Below, in pieces: positions 44,101 through 54,461 of a stretch of DNA of 64,000 bases. Made by a program: the position numbers and the translations under genes. The stretch spans positions 36,580,001 to 36,644,000 of the forward strand of contig NC_090353.1 of assembly GCF_035084215.1 (NCBI RefSeq). The letters are read 5' to 3'. The stretch is from Heptranchias perlo (lineage: Eukaryota). How positions within the stretch are numbered: the stretch's first letter is position 1; each line of letters opens with the position of its first letter. The notes under the pieces are model-generated. The model saw nothing but the letters and a program-made list of their open reading frames with translations. It was not told the origin of the DNA and ran no database searches.

Positions 44101-47100
44101 TGTATCTTTGTTTCCTGCAGTGAGGAGTGTATTGAGGCCTATGGGCTGCTCCTCGCCAAGGCTGAATCCAAAGGGAGCTCCATGTGGAGACGGTTTGACT
44201 CAGCAGCCACGGCCCCTGGAGAACTGGGTAAGCACAGGGAATAGTCAAGTCTGGAAAGCACGGTCTAAACCAGAGGGGTCAAAGGTCAGGCTCGAGAACC
44301 CTGTCCAAACGGCCCATGAACCTCAACAAACTCAGTTTTGTTTCCCGCTCGCTGGTTTGCCCCGTTTGAATTTTGTGGGCCTGGGTGTATTTTTGTTGGC
44401 GCCATTGCCACATTGGTGGATAAATCCTAAATCCGAACATCAAGATCTGTCGGCAACTTGAGATGAGTAGAAAGTAATGGAGACCAGCAGTCTCACCTCT
44501 GAGGCAAAAGGTTGTAGGTTCGAGCCCCACTCCAGACTGACATTCCCAGTTCCAGTACTGAGAGAGTGCTGCACTGTCGGAGATGCCGTCTTTTGGATCA
44601 GACATTAAACCGAGGCCCCGTCTGCCCGCTCAGGCGGACCCTCCATAAACTTGAGCTCATCCAAAACTCTGTTGCCCGTATCCTAACTCGCACCGAGTCC
44701 CGTTCACCCATCACCCCCTGCGCTCACTGACCCACATTGGCTCCCGGTCCGGCAATGTCTCGATTTTAAAATTCTCTTCCTTGTTTTCAAATCCCTCCAT
44801 GGCCCTCGCCCCCTCCCTATCTCTGTAACCTCCTCCAGCCCGACAACCCTCCGAGATCTCTGCGCTCCTCCAATTCTGACGCCTCGTATATCCCCGATTT
44901 CAATCGCTCCACCATTGGCGGCCGTGCCTTCAGCTGCCTGGGCCCTAAGCTCTGGAATTCCCTCCCTGAACCTCTCCGCCTCTCTACGTCTCCTCTTTTA
45001 TGATGCTCCTTAAAACCTACCTCTTTGACCAAGCATTTGGTCACCTGTCCTAATATCTCATTATGTGGCTCGGTGTCAAAGTTTGTTCGATAATCGCTCC
45101 TTTGAAGCGCCTTGGGACGTTTTACTACATTAAAGATGCTGTATAAAGGCAAGTTGTTGTTGTTGTGTGGGGTGCAGTGCGGTCAGGCGCTGGGAAGGTC
45201 AGTCATGGGTATTCATTTCTCCCGCTTTCTCTTCAGCACGTTGGCACGCGGACAAAGATGGCGGGTTTGGCGGTCAGGAGACCATGGGCAAGATGGCGGC
45301 AGATGCCAGGACACGATCGGAGAAACTCCATGGCGGTTATTCTGGCACTGCTGGATCTCAACGTCAGGTCCCATCAGAAAAAGCACAGTATAGGTGAGGT
45401 TAAACGCAGGGCGTCTCAACAACAACTTGCATGTATATAGCACGTTTAACGTAGTAAAAACGTCCCAAGGTGCTTCACAGGAGCGTAAATCAGACAAAAA
45501 TTTGACACCGAGCCACATAAGGAGATATTAGGACAGGTGACCAAAAGCTTGGTCAAAGAGGTAGATTTTAAGGAGCGTCTTAAAGGAGAAGAGAGAGGCG
45601 GAGAGGTTTGGGGAGGGAATTCCAGAGCTTAGGGTCCAGGCAGCTGAAGGCACGGCCGCCAATGGTGGAGCGATGGAAATCGGGGATGCGCAAGAGGCCA
45701 GAATTGGAGGAGCGCAGAGATCTCGGAGGGTTGTCGGGCTGGAGGAGGTTACAGAGATAGGGAGGGGCGAGGCCATGGAGGGATTTGAAAACAAGGATGA
45801 GAATTTTAAGATGGAGGCGTTGCCGGACTGGGAGCCAATGTAGGTCAGCGAGCACAGGGCGTGGGGGTGATGGGTGAACAGGAGTTGGTGCGAGTTAGGA
45901 TACAGAGAATGGGAGCCCTGTGGGACCCATAGACTCCTGGTTGCTGCAGGATGGCGTTGCTGACCCTTTGTCAACTTGCCTGCCTGATGCCAGTGAAGAC
46001 CAATGTCCCTGGTTACTCAGTAGGGTCACCTATCTGAGGAGAGTTGAGTCATCTTTGGTTACACCTGTTGTAATTTGTCAGTTTGGCCTCATTGCAGTTG
46101 ATAATTAGCCTGATGACACGACAAGGTCTAGTCTTGCCCATTGCAACAAGAGTATGTCATTCAGCCCCTCGAGCATGTTTCGCCATCATATTAGATCATG
46201 GCTGATCTGTATCTTAACTCCATCTACACGGCTTGGTTCCATAACCCTTAATACCCTTACCTAACAAAAATCTATCAATTGCAGTTTTGAAATTTTCAAT
46301 TGATCCCCGGCCTCAACAGCCTTTTGGGGGAGAGAGTTCCAGATTCCCACTCCCCTTTGTGTGAAGAAGTGCTTCCTGACATCACCCCTGAACGGCCTGG
46401 CTCTGATTTTAAGGATATTCCCCCTTGTTCTGGACTCCCCCCACCAGAGGAAATAGTTTATCTCTATCTACCCTATCAAATCCTTTAATCATCTTAAACA
46501 TCTCAATTAGATCATCCCTTAATCTTCTATACTTGAGAGAATACAAGCCTAGTCTATGCAACTGTGCATTCGATAAGGTGCCACATAAAAGGTTGTTGCA
46601 CAAGGTAAGGGCTCATGGGGTTGGGGGTAATATATTAGCATGGATAGAGGATTGGTTAACGGACAGAAAACAGGGAGTAGGGAAAAACGGGTCATTTTCA
46701 GGTTGGCAGGCTGTAACTAGTGGGGTGCCGCAAGGATCGGTGCTGGGGCCTCAGCTATTTACAATCTATATTAATGACTTGGATGAAGGGACCGAGTGTA
46801 ATGTATCCAAGTTTGCTGACGATACAAAGCTAGGTGGGAAAGTAAGCTGTGAGGAGGACACAAAGAATCTGCAAAGGGATATAGACAGGTTAAGTGAGTG
46901 GGCAAGAAGGCGGCAGATGGAGTATAATGTGGGGAAATGTGAGGTTATTCACTTCGGAAGGAAGAATAGAAAAACAAAATATTTTTAAAATGGTGAGAAA
47001 CTATTAAATGTCGGTGTCCAGAGAAACTTGGGTGTCCTGGTACAACTAACACAAAAGGTTAGCATGCAGGTACAGCAAGCAATTGGGGAGGCAAATGGTA

Positions 47101-50100
47101 TGTTGGCCTTTATTGCAACGGGGTTGGAGTACAAGAGTAAGGAAGTCTTTCTACAGTTGTACAGGGCTTTGGTGAGACCTCACCTGGAGTACTGCGTACA
47201 GTTTTGTTCTCCTTATCTAAGGAAGGATATACTTGCCTTAGAGGTGATGCAGCGAAGGTTCACTAGATTGATTCCTGGGATGAGAGGGTTGTCCTATGAG
47301 GAGAGATTGAGTAGAATGGGCCCATACTCTCTGGAGTTTAGAAGAATGAGAGGTGATCTCATTGAAATATATAAGATTCTGAGGGGACTTCACAGGGTAG
47401 AGGCTGAGAGGTTGTTTCCCCTGGCTGGAGAGTCTAGAACTAGGGGGCATAGTCTCAGGATAAGGGGTCGACCATTTAAGACTGAGATGAGGAGGAATTT
47501 CTTCACTCAGAGGGTTGTGAACCTTTGAAATTCTCTACCCTAGAGGGCTGTGGATGCTGAGTCATTGAATATATTCAAGGCTGAGATGGACAGATTTTTG
47601 GACTCTCGGGGAATCAAGGGATATGGGGATCGGGCAGAAAAGTGGAGCTGAGGTCGAAGATCAGCCATGATCTGATTGAATGGCGGAGCAGGCTCAAGGG
47701 GCTGTATGGCCGACTCCTGCTCCTATTTCTTAAGTTCTTATTAACTTGTAATTTAACCCTTTTAGTATGAAGAATGGCCAACTAGTGCCCATAGAAACCC
47801 CCTGTACCCCAGCGAGAGTCAGCGCCCACAGAAGGGGGTGGGAATTGAGGTTATTCTGCTTGGATCCAGAAACGTGTGACCATATCCCATCAGCCTTGCT
47901 GAGCTCCTGATTGGAGCAGGCGTGCGCTCCGCCATATTAACTCGCAGCTTTTCTCAGTGTCTCAGGGGAGCCGGGAGTTGATGACAGTGAGAGTCGCCTG
48001 AGAGGAGACGTCGCCAGGCTGAGACTCGGCTACGCTGCCATTAGACAGACTATCCTGGAGCTGGGAGACACCCCTCCGCACCTGAGGCGATACGTCGTGG
48101 CGGCCCGGGATGGGGAGGCCGGGACCGGTAGCCGTGAGATTGTACCAGCGGCGCAGGGTCTGGTGGTGCCTGGGACCAGCTCTCCTTCGCTCGAGACCTT
48201 TCATGGACACAGGAAGGGGAAGAAGGAATTGCTGCAAGATCTCGTGGCTGTCAGAGTAAGTGCCCCTGGATGGGGACCTCAATAGACTGATAAGATTTTT
48301 GTCAGGGCAAGGGTATTAAGGGAACCAAGGCGGGTAGATGGATTTAAGATACAGATCAGCCATGATCTAATTGAATGGCGGAACAGGCTTGAGGGGCTGA
48401 ATGGCCTCCTCCTGTTCCTATGTTCCCTCCCCTCCCTCACGAGCGGTTAACAGGGGGCTGAGAGTCAATGTATTTGGGGAAAAGGGGACCTCATTTCCAC
48501 TCTCACCAACACTGAGAGGCACATAAACCAGTGTATCCCATTGGCTCAGTGTTAAAGGCAAAGGGAATACAATGATACGTGAACAGGGCGGGTATGTGGG
48601 ATTGGGACTACTGCTCATGGGAGGATAAACACTAACAAGGACCAGTTAGCCCGAACAGCCTGTTTCTGTGTTGTAATTTCTATGTAATTCTATGATACAA
48701 TGCTCTCCTGGCCGGCCTCCCACCTTCTGCCCTCCATAAACTTCAGCTCATCCAAAACTCTGCTGCCTGTATCCTAACTCACATCAAGTCCCGTTCACCT
48801 ATCACCCCCTGTGCTCGCTGACCTACATTGGCTCCCGGTCTGGAACGCCTCGATTTAAAAATGTTCATCCTTGTTTTCAAATCCCTCTATGGCCTCGCCC
48901 CCTCCCTATCTCTGTAACCTCCTCTAGCCCTACAACCCTCCGAGATCTCTGCCCTCCTCCAATTCTGGCTTCTTGCACATCCCCAATTTCCTTCGCTCCG
49001 CCATTGGTGGCCGTGCCTTCAGCTGCCTAGGGCCTAAGCTCTTGAATTCCCTCCCTAAACCTCTCCACCTCTCTACCTCTCTCTCTCCTTTAAGACGCTC
49101 CTTAAAACCTACCTCTTTGACCAAGTGTTTGATCTCCTTATGTGGCTCGGTGTTGAATTTTGTCTGATAATCGCTCTTTTGAAGCACCTTGGGACGTTTT
49201 TACTACGTTAAGGCGCTATATAAATGCAAGTTGTTATTGTTGTAGATACTGAACAACACAGATTCCATCCCCTGAGTTAGCTGAGGGGAGCAGTAGGGGT
49301 GTTACAGTTAAAAGAAAATCTTGTATTTCTATTGCGCCTTTCATGATGTCGCAAAGCCAATCTTCGCAGCCAATGAAGTACTTTTTGAAGTGTAGTCACT
49401 GTTGTAATGTAGGAAACGCGGCAACAGAGTGAGGCTCGAACCAAAACCTTCTGATTCAGAGGTGAGAGTGCTACCCACCGAGCCAAGCTGACGCATGGGT
49501 GAGGTAGTGCAAGGCGATTGGTGCATTTGGAACCTGTCTCCCGGCAACATCTAGAAAAGCGGGGGAGGGGGAGGAATCAAGGCCTTTGCAGTATCTCTGT
49601 CGAGTCTCAGTGACCGTAGAACTTCATTTTCTTTGGCAACAGTTAATTGTCATCAAACGCCTAACGCCTAAGGTTGAGGGGAGACTTGATTGAGGCGTAC
49701 AAAATTATGAGGGGCCCAGATAGAGTAGACAGGAAGTACCTGTTTCCCCTAGCGGAGAGTTCAAGAACTAGAGGACATAGATTTAAGCTGATTGGCGGAA
49801 GGATTAGAGGGGACATGAGGAAAAACTTTTTTACCCAGAGGGTGGTGGGTGTATGGAATTCGCTGCCCGAATTGGTGGTAGAGGCAGGGACCCTCAACTC
49901 TTTTAAAAAGTACCTGGACCTGCACCTAAAGTGCTGTAAGCTGCAGGGCTACGGACCGGGTGCTGGAAGGTGGGATTAGAATGGGCACCTGGTTGTTCTT
50001 CGAGCTGGCACGGACACGATGGGCCGAATGGCCCCGTCTGCGCTGTGTCTTTTCTATGGTTCTATGGTATTATAATATAATCATAGTCTCTATGTTTTGC

Positions 50101-53100
50101 TTCTGACTGACGGATTATCAGGAAGAGATGTCGGAGTTGAAAGGTCAGCTGAGTTGGATGAAGAAGGAGAGGAGGAGCCTGGAGCAGAGTCTGCGATCCC
50201 AGGAGCCTCAGGACGAGGCTACACGCCTACTCCTCGCACATTGGCAAGCAGAGCGGGACGAGCGGCTGGGAGAGCAACCCAGAGCAGGCTGCCTCAAGGA
50301 GGTATGGTCAAGGACAGAGACACTCAGTCAGTGTGCAGGTATCTTATGAATGGGATACACTGAGAGACACTCAGTCAGTGTGCAGGTATCTTATGAATGG
50401 GCTACACTGAGAGACACCAGTCAGTGTGCAGGTATCTTGTGAGTGGGATTCACTGAGAGACACTCAGTCAGTGTGCAGGTATCTTATGAATGGGCTACAC
50501 TGAGAGACACTCAGTCAGTGTGCAGGTATCTTGTGAGTGGGATACACTGAGAGACACCAGTCAGTGTGCAGGTATCTTGTGAGTGGGATTCACTGAGAGA
50601 CACTCAGTCAGTGTGCAGGTATCTTATGAATGGGCTACACTGAGAGACACTCAGTCAGTGTGCAGGTATCTTGTGAATGGGATACACTGAGAGACACCAG
50701 TCAGTGTGCAGGTATCTTGTGAATGGGATACACTGAGAGACACTCAGTCAGTGTGCAGGTATCTTGTGAATGGGATACACTGAGAGACACCAGTCAGTGT
50801 GCAGGTATCTTGTGAATGGGATACACTGAGAGACACCAGTCAGTGTGCAGGTATCTTGTGAATGGGATACACTGAGAGACACCAGTCAGTGTGCAGGTAT
50901 CTTGTGAATGGGCTACACTGAGAGACACCAGTCAGTGTGCAGGTATCTTGTGAATGGGCTACACTGAGAGACACCAGTCAGTGTGCAGGTATCTTGTGAA
51001 TGGGCTACACTGAGAGACACCAGTCAGTGTGCAGGTATCTTGTGAATGGGATACACTGAGAGACACTCAGTCAGTGTGCAGGTATCTTGTGAATGGGATA
51101 CACTGAGAGACACCAGTCAGTGTGCAGGTATCTTGTGAATGGGATACACTGAGAGACACCAGTCAGTGTGCAGGTATCTTGTGAATGGGATACACTGAGA
51201 GACACTCAGTCAGTGTGCAGGTATCTTGTGAATGGGATACACTGAGAGACACCAGTCAGTGTGCAGGTATCTTGTGAATGGGATACACTGAGAGACACTC
51301 AGTCAGTGTGCAGGTATCTTGTGAATGGGATACACTGAGAGACACCAGTCAGTGTGCAGGTATCTTGTGAGTGGGATACACTGAGAGACACTCAGTCAGT
51401 GTGCAGGTATCTTGTGAATGGGATACACTGAGAGACACCAGTCAGTGTGCAGGTATCTTGTGAGTGGGATACACTGAGAGACACTCAGTCAGTGTGCAGG
51501 TATCTTGTGAATGGGATACACTGAGAGACACCAGTCAGTGTGCAGGTATCTTGTGAATGGGATACACTGAGAGACACTCAGTCAGTGTGCAGGTATCTTG
51601 TGAATGGGATACACTGAGAGACACCAGTCAGTGTGCAGGTATCTTGTGAGTGGGATACACTGAGAGACACTCAGTCAGTGTGCAGGTATCTTGTGAATGG
51701 GATACACTGAGAGACACCAGTCAGTGTGCAGGTATCTTGTGAGTGGGATAGCAGTGTTCCCGCTCCTGATCACTGACCAGTGACCCCTGCTGGGAAGTGC
51801 GAGGGTCTCGATCTGTGGACTTCGCAGTGATACCCTCTGTGGTTAAATCTCCTGCCGACACACAGGCAAAGAGCGGCCACTGGGTGAGACCCCAGGAGGT
51901 GGCTGTCGGCTCTCCCCTGCTTATCCCAGTGAGAGTCTGTGTCTTGGGGGGGAGGAGGAGAGAAAATGATGAAACAAATCAGCATAATCAGAATTGTACG
52001 CCCTCCCGTGACGATCTTGTTGGGGTCGTATTGACTCCACTCCATTTTCAGGTGACCACATCAGCATCAGAAGCTCCTGTAACCTGCAATGACCAACTAG
52101 TGTCTGAACTGACAATGGTCTCCATAAGGTAAGCACAGATTACACCGCACTCGACGTAGAGGCCACCTGATAAAGGTCTGTAAAATAACGAAAGGGCTGA
52201 ATAGCATCCCTATTGATAGATTATTCCAGTTTCACAGATTGGGGAGGACCAGGGGACATTAGTTTAAACTACATAAGAGTGGGAATAGACTGGGTGTTGG
52301 GCGCTTCTTCTTTTCCCAGAGAGCAGTGAGCCTCTGGAATGTGTTGCCGGCTCGTGTGGTGGGAGCCGACTCTCGGCCTTCGAGAGGGAGCTGGGCCGGT
52401 TCCTGACTGGGGCAGAGATCACGTCATAGAGAAGGGAAGAGTCCATACAGATAACACTCGGTCCGTGTGATCTCCTGGACTGGTTTCGATCGCCTGAGGG
52501 GGTTGGAGAGGACTTGTCCAGAGTATCTATTCCCTTATTGGCCCTGGGTTTTACTTTGATTTTCTGTCTCTGCCAGGATATTACATGGCTGCTGTATCTA
52601 ACCCGTGCTGTCCCTGCCCTGGGAGTGTTTGATGGGACAGTGTAGAGGGAGCTTTACTCTGTATCTAACCCGTGCTGTCCCTGCCCTGGGAGTGTTTGAT
52701 GGGACAGTGTAGAGGGAGCTTTACTCTGTATCTAACCCGTGCTGTCCCTGCCCTGGGAGTGTTTGATGGGACAGTGTAGAGGGAGCTTTACTCTGTATCT
52801 AACCCGTGCTGTACCTGCCCTGGGAGTGTTTGATGGGACAGTGTAGAGGGAGCTTTACTCTGTATCTAACCCGTGCTGTACCTGCCCTGGGAGTGTTTGA
52901 TGGGACAGTGTAGAGGGAGCTTTACTCTGTATCTAACCCATGCTGTACCTGCCCTGGGAGTGTTTGATGGGTCAGTGTAGAGGGAGCTTTACTCTGTATC
53001 TAACCCGTGCTGTACCTGCCCTGGGAGTGTTTGATGGGACAGTGTAGAGGGAGCTTTACTCTGTATCTAACCTGTGCTGTACCTGCCCTGGGAGTGTTTG

Positions 53101-54461
53101 ATGGGACAGTGTAGAGGGAGCTTTACTCTGTATCTAACCCTGTACCTGCCCTGGGAGTGTTTGATGGGACAGTGTAGAGTTGTACCAGTCTTCCTCACCA
53201 CTGTGTGGAACACCTACTCGCCTTGTACAGTCGCTGTGGTTTAACCTGATCTTCTGCCAATAGTTTCAGGATAAGAACTGACCCTCATTGTCCCACAGAG
53301 AAAAGCAACTAAGAGCTCGTATCGAGGTGCTGGTGATATCACTAGAGAAGTTGATAGAAAAGAAGAACAATCAGAAGGAGCAGTATGAGGAGCTAACCAC
53401 CGAGCTGAGAAAAACACACAGGTATGAGGGTAACAAAGGGGCGACCTGGATAAAAGGGGGCTGAGTAGTTGAGGGGTTCACTAGATTCAGCCCAACTTAG
53501 CTCATCCATCCAGAAAGTCCCTCCAGTCCCAGCCCATTACATAGAATTCACAGCATAGAAACAGGCCATTCGGCCCTACTGGTCTATGCCAGTGTTTGTG
53601 CTCCACATGAGCCTCCTCCCTCCCTACTTCATCTAACCCCATCACCATATTCTTCTATTCCTTTCTCCCTCATGTACTTATTTAGCTTCCCTTTAAATGC
53701 ATCTATGCTATTCGCCTCAATTATCCCTTATCATAGTGTGTTCCACATTCTCACCACTCTCTGGGTAAAGAAGTTTCTCCTGAATTCCCTATTTGATTTA
53801 TTAGTGACTATCTTATATTTATTGCCTCTAGTTCTGGTCTCCCCCACAAGTGGAAACATCTTCTCCACGTCTACCCTATCAAACCCCTTCATAATCTTAA
53901 AGACCTCTATCAGGTCACCCCTCAGTCTTCTCTTTTCTTGGGAAAAGAGCCCCAGCCTGTTCAGCCTTTCCTGATAGTTATAACCTCTCAGTTCTGGTGT
54001 CATCCTTGTAAATCGTTTTTGCACCTTCTCCAGTGCCTCTATATCCTTTTTATAATATGGAGACCAGAATTGAGCGCAGCACTCCAAGTGTGCTCTAACC
54101 AGAACTTTATATAACTAGAATGTAACTTTCTCCCTTTTGTATTCCAGCCTTCTTGAGATAAAGGCCAACATTCCATCAGGCTTTAAAATTATTTTTTTGT
54201 ACCTGTCCACTAGCTTGTAGCGATCATTGAATTTAATTATAAGATTAAACATCGGTCTGATTAAAACCCTCGTTTCTTTCGCAAAGCAACTTGTCGACAG
54301 CGTACAGAAGCGCCAAGAGAAAGTACGACAATCAGCTGACCAAACTGGAGTCGCAGGTGTTGATCATGTCCGAGCGACAGGCTGCTCAGCTTCAAGCATT
54401 GGGGGAGAAGGCAACGAGGCTCCAAGAGGAGCTGGACAACGCCAACGGCACACCGCTGTAG
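26166..54461 (+). CDS. USHBP1: USHBP1 / MCC2 (USH1C-binding protein 1, MCC-family coiled-coil protein), about 754 aa
   Basis: join(26166-26171 tentative, 27836-28041, 34284-34426, 35475-35626, 37505-37711, 39225-39368, 39624-39772, 41744-41884, 44121-44227, 45237-45393, 47958-48255, 50122-50301, 52052-52128, 53299-53421, 54287-54461); phases consistent throughout; MCC-family motifs [76 protein letters not shown]; head-to-head with BABAM1 as USHBP1 is in human. Confidence 0.85.
26628..27022 (+). mobile_element. CR1 LINE 3' fragment
   Basis: Same subfamily as 25268-25815. Confidence 0.9.
27440..27792. repeat. Degenerate CCCTGTCACACATGG repeat
   Basis: 13-17-bp variable units. Confidence 0.88.
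27836..28041 (+). CDS. USHBP1: USHBP1 exon
   Basis: CSDSLL...poly-Glu...[30 protein letters not shown]; pyrimidine tract + CAG, donor GTGTGT. Confidence 0.9.
28258..28710 (-). mobile_element. Deu-domain SINE, full length
   Basis: Reverse complement of the 11525 family, including head and tail. Confidence 0.85.
28752..29195 (+). mobile_element. tRNA-derived SINE of a second family
   Basis: A box TAGCATAGTGG, B box GAGTTCAAATCC, A-rich tail; 3' part shared with 39905-40050. Confidence 0.72.
29400..32850 (+). mobile_element. CR1 LINE (29400-30202 + 32247-32850) interrupted by a second, about 2-kb CR1 (30203-32246)
   Basis: Two RT ORF sets (QHGF, DFSKAFDKV, GVPQGSVLGP, FADD); host sequence GCATAGAATATA|AAAGCAGGG resumes after the insert. 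Confidence 0.92.
33528..34125. repeat. CCAGGTAT(CT) 8/10-bp tandem repeat
   Basis: Direct inspection. Confidence 0.93.
34284..34426 (+). CDS. USHBP1: USHBP1 exon
   Basis: EDDEYLDTCSDLSD...; CAG acceptor, GTCAGT donor; continues the TTIR-EEDEY pattern of MCC. Confidence 0.85.
34468..34905 (+). mobile_element. Deu-domain SINE
   Basis: Head TGGCTCGGTGG, Deu core, tail. Confidence 0.85.
34930..35135. repeat. 45-bp minisatellite, about 4.5 copies
   Basis: GACCGGACGTCACGTGATCAGGTGTCGTGTGACTGGACATTGTGT. Confidence 0.92.
35475..35626 (+). CDS. USHBP1: USHBP1 exon
   Basis: DEPCDLSRTLHRVLTELEEAVHARK...WELVTQ; TAG acceptor, GTAGGG donor. Confidence 0.85.
35638..36920. repeat. 19/20-bp minisatellite
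   Basis: GGACACTGGGGCAGAGGACT variants. Confidence 0.95.
37505..37711 (+). CDS. USHBP1: USHBP1 exon (GC donor)
   Basis: TIEAVERELDIDLSPELREERSQWEAELECLREKN...ERDKLRLK; CAG acceptor; AAG|GCAAGT donor. Confidence 0.87.
37815..38035 (+). mobile_element. Short CR1 3' end
   Basis: QRVVLIWNALP...GGGCCGAATGGCCTCCT, ATGATTCT tail. Confidence 0.8.
38141..38987 (-). repeat. 67-bp satellite, about 12.5 copies
   Basis: CACGGGTTAGATACAGAGTAAAGCTCCCTCTACACTGTCCCGTCAAACACTCCCAGGGAAGGTACAG. Confidence 0.95.
39225..39368 (+). CDS. USHBP1: USHBP1 exon
   Basis: VDGLHSCIQRVGQS...EALMNR; TAG acceptor, GTGAGT donor; 144 bp open, phase 0-0. Confidence 0.72.
39624..39772 (+). CDS. USHBP1: USHBP1 exon
   Basis: DPGFVVERLMPSFQDCPSLQQLSQLFRSQGSNLTRVTIQDSEMEADQLR; CAG acceptor, GTAAGG donor. 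Confidence 0.87.
39905..40545. mobile_element. Retroelement 3' tail (minus, 39905-40140) abutting a CR1 3' fragment (plus, 40140-40545)
   Basis: Minus part matches the 3' tail of the SINE at 28752-29195; plus part encodes LRGDLIEAFKI... Confidence 0.75.
40845..41290 (+). mobile_element. Deu-domain SINE
   Basis: B box GGTTCGATCCC, Deu core, tail GGCGCTATATAAATGCAAG. Confidence 0.85.
41455..41715 (-). mobile_element. L2-clade LINE 3' end
   Basis: GGRAFSCLGPELWNSLP...FKMLLKTYLF; (TTG)n tail. Confidence 0.82.
41744..41884 (+). CDS. USHBP1: USHBP1 exon (core MCC-family motif)
   Basis: [52 protein letters not shown] (NAGNAG) acceptor, GTACGG donor. Confidence 0.93.
41965..42460 (+). mobile_element. 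L2-clade LINE 3' end
   Basis: LADLHWLPVRERLNFKILILVFKSL...GGRAFSCLGPKLWNSLP. Confidence 0.88.
42505..43362 (+). mobile_element. CR1 LINE 3' fragment inserted into a Deu-type SINE
   Basis: WQMKFNAEKC, LYKTLVRPQLEYCVQFW; SINE halves at about 42460-42495 and 43365-43505. Confidence 0.9.
43505..44090 (-). mobile_element. CR1 LINE 3' fragment
   Basis: LGLFSLEKRKL...NFFTQRAVRMWNSL. Confidence 0.88.
44121..44227 (+). CDS. USHBP1: USHBP1 exon
   Basis: [17 protein letters not shown]...; CAG acceptor, GTAAGC donor. Confidence 0.9.
44640..45166 (+). mobile_element. L2-clade LINE 3' end
   Basis: Same family as 41965-42460; (TTG)n tail. Confidence 0.88.
45237..45393 (+). CDS. USHBP1: USHBP1 exon
   Basis: ARWHADKDGG...EKAQY; CAG acceptor, GTGAGG donor; phase 1 to 2 links the neighbouring exons; weak homology. 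Confidence 0.75.
45415..45910 (-). mobile_element. L2-clade LINE 3' end
   Basis: LADLHWLPVRQRLHLKILILVFKSL... Confidence 0.88.
46150..47745. mobile_element. Back-to-back CR1 fragments (minus 46150-46562; plus 46563-47745)
   Basis: Plus part: AFDKVPH, GVPQGSVLGP, FADDTKL; minus part: LRDDLIEMFKMIKG. Confidence 0.88.
47958..48255 (+). CDS. USHBP1: USHBP1 exon
   Basis: ...ESRLRGDVARLRLGYAAIRQTILEL...KKELLQDLVAVR; CAG acceptor, GTAAGT donor. Confidence 0.85.
48700..49243 (+). mobile_element. L2-clade LINE 3' end
   Basis: Same family; LHWLP and WNSLP-type motifs. Confidence 0.87.
49672..50068 (+). mobile_element. CR1 3' fragment (same subfamily as 30203-32246)
   Basis: Nearly identical to about 31850-32245. 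Confidence 0.9.
50122..50301 (+). CDS. USHBP1: USHBP1 exon
   Basis: [33 protein letters not shown]...; CAG acceptor, GTATGG donor. Confidence 0.9.
50313..51750. repeat. 46/47-bp minisatellite, about 30 copies
   Basis: GAGACAC(T)CAGTCAGTGTGCAGGTATCTTGTGAATGGGATACACTGA. Confidence 0.95.
52052..52128 (+). CDS. USHBP1: USHBP1 exon
   Basis: VTTSASEAPVTCNDQLVSELTMVSIR; CAG acceptor, GTAAGC donor. Confidence 0.78.
52592..53179 (+). repeat. 67-bp satellite, about 9 copies (inverted relative to 38141-38987)
   Basis: CTGTATCTAACCCGTGCTGTACCTGCCCTGGGAGTGTTTGATGGGACAGTGTAGAGGGAGCTTTACT. Confidence 0.95.
53299..53421 (+). CDS. USHBP1: USHBP1 exon
   Basis: EKQLRARIEVLVISLEKL...ELRKTHS; CAG acceptor, GTATGA donor. 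Confidence 0.9.
53540..54230 (-). mobile_element. CR1 LINE 3' fragment
   Basis: CAQFWSPYYKKDIEALEKVQKRFTRM... Confidence 0.9.
54287..54461 (+). CDS. USHBP1: USHBP1 last coding exon
   Basis: NLSTAYRSAKRKYDNQLTKLESQVLIMSERQ...NANGTPL-TAG; AAG acceptor; ends in T-x-L, a class I PDZ-binding motif. Confidence 0.9.

Noticed and set aside
50313-51750. CRISPR-like arrays (also 16526-17088, 38141-38987, 52592-53179)
   Set aside because: Head-to-tail repeats with no unique spacers, no cas genes, and a eukaryotic context.
27836-54461. Calling the plus-strand gene MCC
   Set aside because: It is too divergent from MCC as I recall it, has no EF-hand exons, and its head-to-head position with BABAM1 points to the paralogue USHBP1; a phylogeny would settle this.
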